Shown here piece after piece: positions 60,243 to 64,000 of a DNA stretch of 64,000 nucleotides. Position 1 is the first letter of the stretch. Each line of letters opens with the position of its first letter. Made by a program: the position numbers and the translations under genes. The notes beneath the pieces are model-generated. The model saw nothing but the letters and a program-made list of their open reading frames with translations. It ran no database searches and was not told the origin of the DNA. Source of the stretch: Camelus ferus (Eukaryota); contig NC_045696.1 in assembly GCF_009834535.1 (NCBI RefSeq), forward strand, positions 94,800,001-94,864,000, given 5' to 3'.

Positions 60243-60674
60243 TGTGGATACTCTCTGCCCCTCCAGATCCACTCTCCATCCTGCTCTGGGCCTGGGCACC
60301 TGACCTGTCTGGGCCGTGTCACGATGGTGCCCAGTTGGAAGGCAATCACAGGACATCATAGGGTGAGAGGAGAATGATGGTAGGATATCAGTCCTCCCAG
60401 TGTCCTCTCCCCTGGTATCAGATTGCCATAATTGGGAAAACCTCAGCTCCTGGCAAAAAGCCCTCTCTGCAACTCTCCTTTCAGTTCCAGTAATCACTTT
60501 CTTTCCTGCCCTTAAAGACTACTGCTTGGTAAAGCCTTTTCCTTGTTCCTAGCCCAGGGCACTGTCTCTTTTCCCGTATATCTGCTCACAGTCCGGTAGC
60601 TAGTCCCTTTATTGGAATCTTTAATTATTTAGTTTAGGGTACATGGATTTTCTTTTGGAATCCTGACTAATACA
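60243..60674 (+). mobile_element. ERVL solo LTR (LTR33-like)
   Basis: tgtgg...gcccctccagatccactctccatcctgctctg...cctgactaataca, with TG...CA ends. Confidence 0.85.
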
Positions 60675-60864
60675 TCTGGAAATAGGCATCATTCCCATTT
60701 TGCAGATGGTAACACTGAGGTTTTAAAAGACTCTACCAGGACAGTAAAAAAAAAAGCAGAAATTTCAAGCTGGATGTCCATGAGTTTAAATACTGTGTAA
60801 ATTTGAGCAAATTATTTAAACTCCTTTTTTTTTTTTGCTGTATGAACCATGTAAACTTATTTTT

Positions 60865-61030
60865 AGCTGTGTGAGTTTGGGCAAATTATTTAAGCTCTCT
60901 AATGTTTAAGTTAAAATAACACTAATGTTCTCTCCCAGCACATAGGATTTCTGTGTTATAAGTGATAATGCATTTAAAATAATCATCATAGTATCAGGCA
61001 CAGAGTGGTTAATAAAAAATATTAGTTTTG
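60865..61030 (+). mobile_element. MIR fragment
   Basis: tagctgtgtgagtttgggcaaattatttaagctctct...gataatgcatttaaaa. Confidence 0.75.
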
Positions 61031-61949
61031 TGTCTCAGGAAGTCCTTACAAGTCATAGTCTTCAGTAAAATTTTGAATATAGTTTAGCAATTTCTGACTG
61101 AATATCAGTGATCTCTTTGAAGACTAAACTTTCCCATTTTTATTATTTTATAAGGACATATTTGTATGTACTATTGTCAAGTAAGATTCTTATCGGTGTT
61201 CCTTTGTTGTTACTTTAGTCTTGTTTGTTTTGTTTTTAGAAATTTAGCTATAGAATTATGCTTTAACTGCTGAGAGCTCCTTCTACTTTGTATTTCACAG
61301 TAGTAAGCTTAGACAAGCATTATGAAAGCAAGATCTTCCTATTAGCCTTCTAATTTAAAAAGTATTTTGGCAGGTTGGCCTAGGGTAGAAAGTTTTCATC
61401 AAAATGATTATAGCAATCATCGATACTAAATCTCCCTTTTAGGCAGCCTTTTCCTATTGGTGTATTTGATAATTGCTTATCTTACACAGTGGGACAGATT
61501 TAATACAAAGCTATTTCTGAAAGCTTCTCAGAGATAGAAAACAATCATTTGACTTGAAATAACTATTTCCACTTTGAAGATTTTCAGTTATTATTAGAAA
61601 TCATTTATAATTCAATTGGCAATGGAAGTGACTTTGGACTTCTTTATTGAATCTCATGTTTTGTCCAACAAGTGTATTGATTGGAATATGTCAACTCTAG
61701 GCATATTACAGTTTTATTACATGTAACATAACTGTTACTGGGAGATTTCATTACAGAGTGGTGCCCTGGGCCTGATCCTACCAGGAAAAAAATAAATTAC
61801 TTATTTGCAAAACATTATTTAGGCTCTCAGACTGACAATTCAACAAAAATGAGAAGTTGTCTTTTTTATGTTGAAGGGTTCATTGCCACAGATTCTAGAG
61901 TTGAAAAGAAGGGCAGAAAGCAAACTAATGTTAATTGGCTATCCACATG

Positions 61950-62130
61950 TACCAAATATTCTTCATAATTTATTTAAACATCCCAGCAATTTTGCAAGGC
62001 AGGAATTACCTCCAGTTCACTGAGGTTCAGATGGGTAAATATCTGACTGAGTAACCCATCTTGGAAGTCATGTATTTGGGTCTCAGGTATAGGCTTCTCT
62101 GATTTCCAAGTCCCAGCTCAATCCATCCCA
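61950..62130 (-). mobile_element. MIR fragment
   Basis: actgaggttcagatgggtaaatatctg...tctctgatttccaagtcc. Confidence 0.55.
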
Positions 62131-62199
62131 TGTAATCAGCAGAGCTATGTTGTCAGTGTAGAAATTTATTAAGAGAATGGCTTTAAAAATTACTAAAAA

Positions 62200-62870
62200 C
62201 CTCATCTGCTTGATATTTAGACAATTTTTTCAACTACTAACTGATCTCAAAGTTTTCTTTCCCCATCCTGTTGTTCTGTTCTCAATTTAAGGGCTCATTA
62301 TCTCTTAACTGGATTGTTGTAATGCCATTTTAACTTGTCTCCCTGAGTCTAGTTTTGTCCACTCCAATACATTATCCATATTAATATTTTAAACACAAAG
62401 ACCTGTTTATTAATCCCTATTGAAACCCTTCCATGGTTCCTCATCACCAATAAGATAAAGTCAGAAATCCTCATGACCATGTTTAAGTATTCCACAATCT
62501 ACCCCCTGCCTACCTATTCAGCAATCAAGGTAATTTCTCATACTTTGTTCCAGGAATACGGAATTCCCCTAAATCTACCACACTTTCCCATACTTTCTAG
62601 CTTATACATGTTTCCCCTTGACACTCATCTCCCCATCTTACCTGGAGAATGTTCAATTATCTTTTAAGACCCTTGTCAAAAGTTACCCTTTCAATGAAGT
62701 CTTCCGTGTACTTTCTGAATGATTTTATGCCCAAATTTGTTATTTCTATTTGTAAGAACAGTACTGGACTGAAGTTATTTCTTTACATTGTCTCCTCCTT
62801 ACAGACTTTGAATCCTTTAAAAGCAGTAACTGTGTCTAAATGTTCAATAATGATTCGTGAAAGAATAAAC
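62200..62870 (+). mobile_element. L2 fragment
   Basis: ctcattatctcttaactggattgttgtaatgcc...aaacccttccatggttcctcatcacc...tctaaatgttcaataa. Confidence 0.8.
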
Positions 62871-63924
62871 CTATTAAAACCTTTAGAGTGAGTTCCCTGT
62901 TTTCAAGCAAATATCTTTAAAAATAGCAACTTCAGGGATCTAGTTCAATACATTGATGCTTCAGATACATTTCTAATTGACTTCCTCTTGGAATCTTCTA
63001 AACTGGCCAGGGCAGGCCTTAAAAGTGTGATTTCTTCTCACAGTAGTAAAAGTTAAGGAGAGGGCTCAAGGAAAGAGAGAAGGAAAATGCAAGAATTAGG
63101 GAACAAGAAGATAAAGTTGCACCTAGAATAAGCTCAGGTGTCACAGAGTTGAAAGAGGTAGAAGCTGAATAAGAAATACACATATAGCTTCAGAGAGACT
63201 CAGAGATGGGTTTTGATTTCCTGAGTACAGAGTAAGTGAGGGAGGGTCATGGATTAAGAAGGGGGATGGGGGCAGTAGGCTGAGCTAAAGAAACTAGAGT
63301 GAAAATTACAGCCTGTCCGGGCTCACAGCTGTGTTCTTCCATTTCCCAGTCCAGTATTGGGATGCTGCACAAACCCCACTAATAATCAAAGGCATATCAC
63401 CCCCATCTCATTTGTCACTCCTGTCAGTAAATAGATTATTTGTTAAGGAAAAAGACAATGAGTTTGGGTAGCAGCAGACATCTGAAATTTACTGAACGAA
63501 CCCAAACAAAAATTTCGGGCAAATAATGGTATCTTTTTTCTTCACCACTTAGATCCCTTGGAACACAAGTTCCTTGTCTCTATTGACCCTCTGGCGAGTG
63601 ACATTGACAAGCAAAGGAATGTAAATAGCAAAATGGAAAGGAAAGAGATGCAAGCAGTGGACATAAGCACTAGATAAGCACTAGACAGGGAAATCAGATC
63701 CTTTATAATTGCATGTTGACTGTAAGCACAGTTAAACAATCATTAACTCATTTCTTCATTAAACAGAAAATTGGATTGCCCGTGGTTTCCTGAACGTCTG
63801 AGAAAACGGTGTGAGAACTAACACTTGATATCGTATGACAGTGTGATACCCACAGGTGCAATCAGACCATCCTCTGACCAGTGATGCCTCCTAATTTGTC
63901 TTCATGTCTACAGCCTCTAAGCCT

Positions 63925-64000
63925 GTGCTGTCCAATACAGTAGACACTACCATATGTGGCTATTTAAATGTAAATATACATTAAAATTATATTTTAAAAG
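63925..64000. mobile_element. MER3/MER33-like hAT MITE end, truncated by the window
   Basis: gtgctgtccaatacagtagacactaccatatgtggctatttaaat. Confidence 0.8.

Noticed and set aside
60793..60900. Near-duplicate ctgtgt...gcaaattatttaa segments
   Set aside because: Both resemble the MIR core, so they are explained by MIR fragments or a small local duplication.
63664..63685. Tandem 11-mer taagcactaga x2
   Set aside because: An ordinary micro-duplication with no further structure.
1..64000. CRISPR array, operon, NUMT, intact ERV ORFs or CpG-island promoter
   Set aside because: No regularly spaced repeats, no long ORFs, no mitochondrial-like or gag/pol/env sequence recognised, and no CpG island.

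Overview
AT-rich, CpG-depleted mammalian genomic DNA with no recognisable protein-coding exon, RNA gene, CpG island or prokaryotic system. It is most likely a large intron or an intergenic region. Three tRNA-derived SINEs of the Vic-1 type point to a camelid (alpaca or camel). Much of the window is decayed interspersed repeat: L1, L2, MIR, MaLR/ERVL LTRs and hAT/Tigger MITEs, often nested. The only protein-like ORFs are broken L1 ORF2 remnants. Repeat subfamily names come from recalled consensus sequences, not a search, and boundaries of old repeats are approximate. I found no evidence for a novel biological system. The best leads are: (i) a ~205-bp retrocopy of an unidentified polyadenylated RNA with target-site duplication (TSD) at 15.9-16.1 kb; (ii) a TSD-bounded L1 whose 5'UTR is fused directly to mid-ORF2 (34.7-37.5 kb); (iii) a repeat-free, CpG-retaining, homeodomain-motif-rich candidate conserved element with a hairpin (25.7-26.2 kb); (iv) a perfect TALE dimer palindrome (44.37 kb); (v) a candidate non-coding or poison exon followed by a QKI motif cluster (41.4-41.6 kb); (vi) a diverged direct repeat at 42.35 and 43.03 kb; and (vii) several very short retrotransposition scars.
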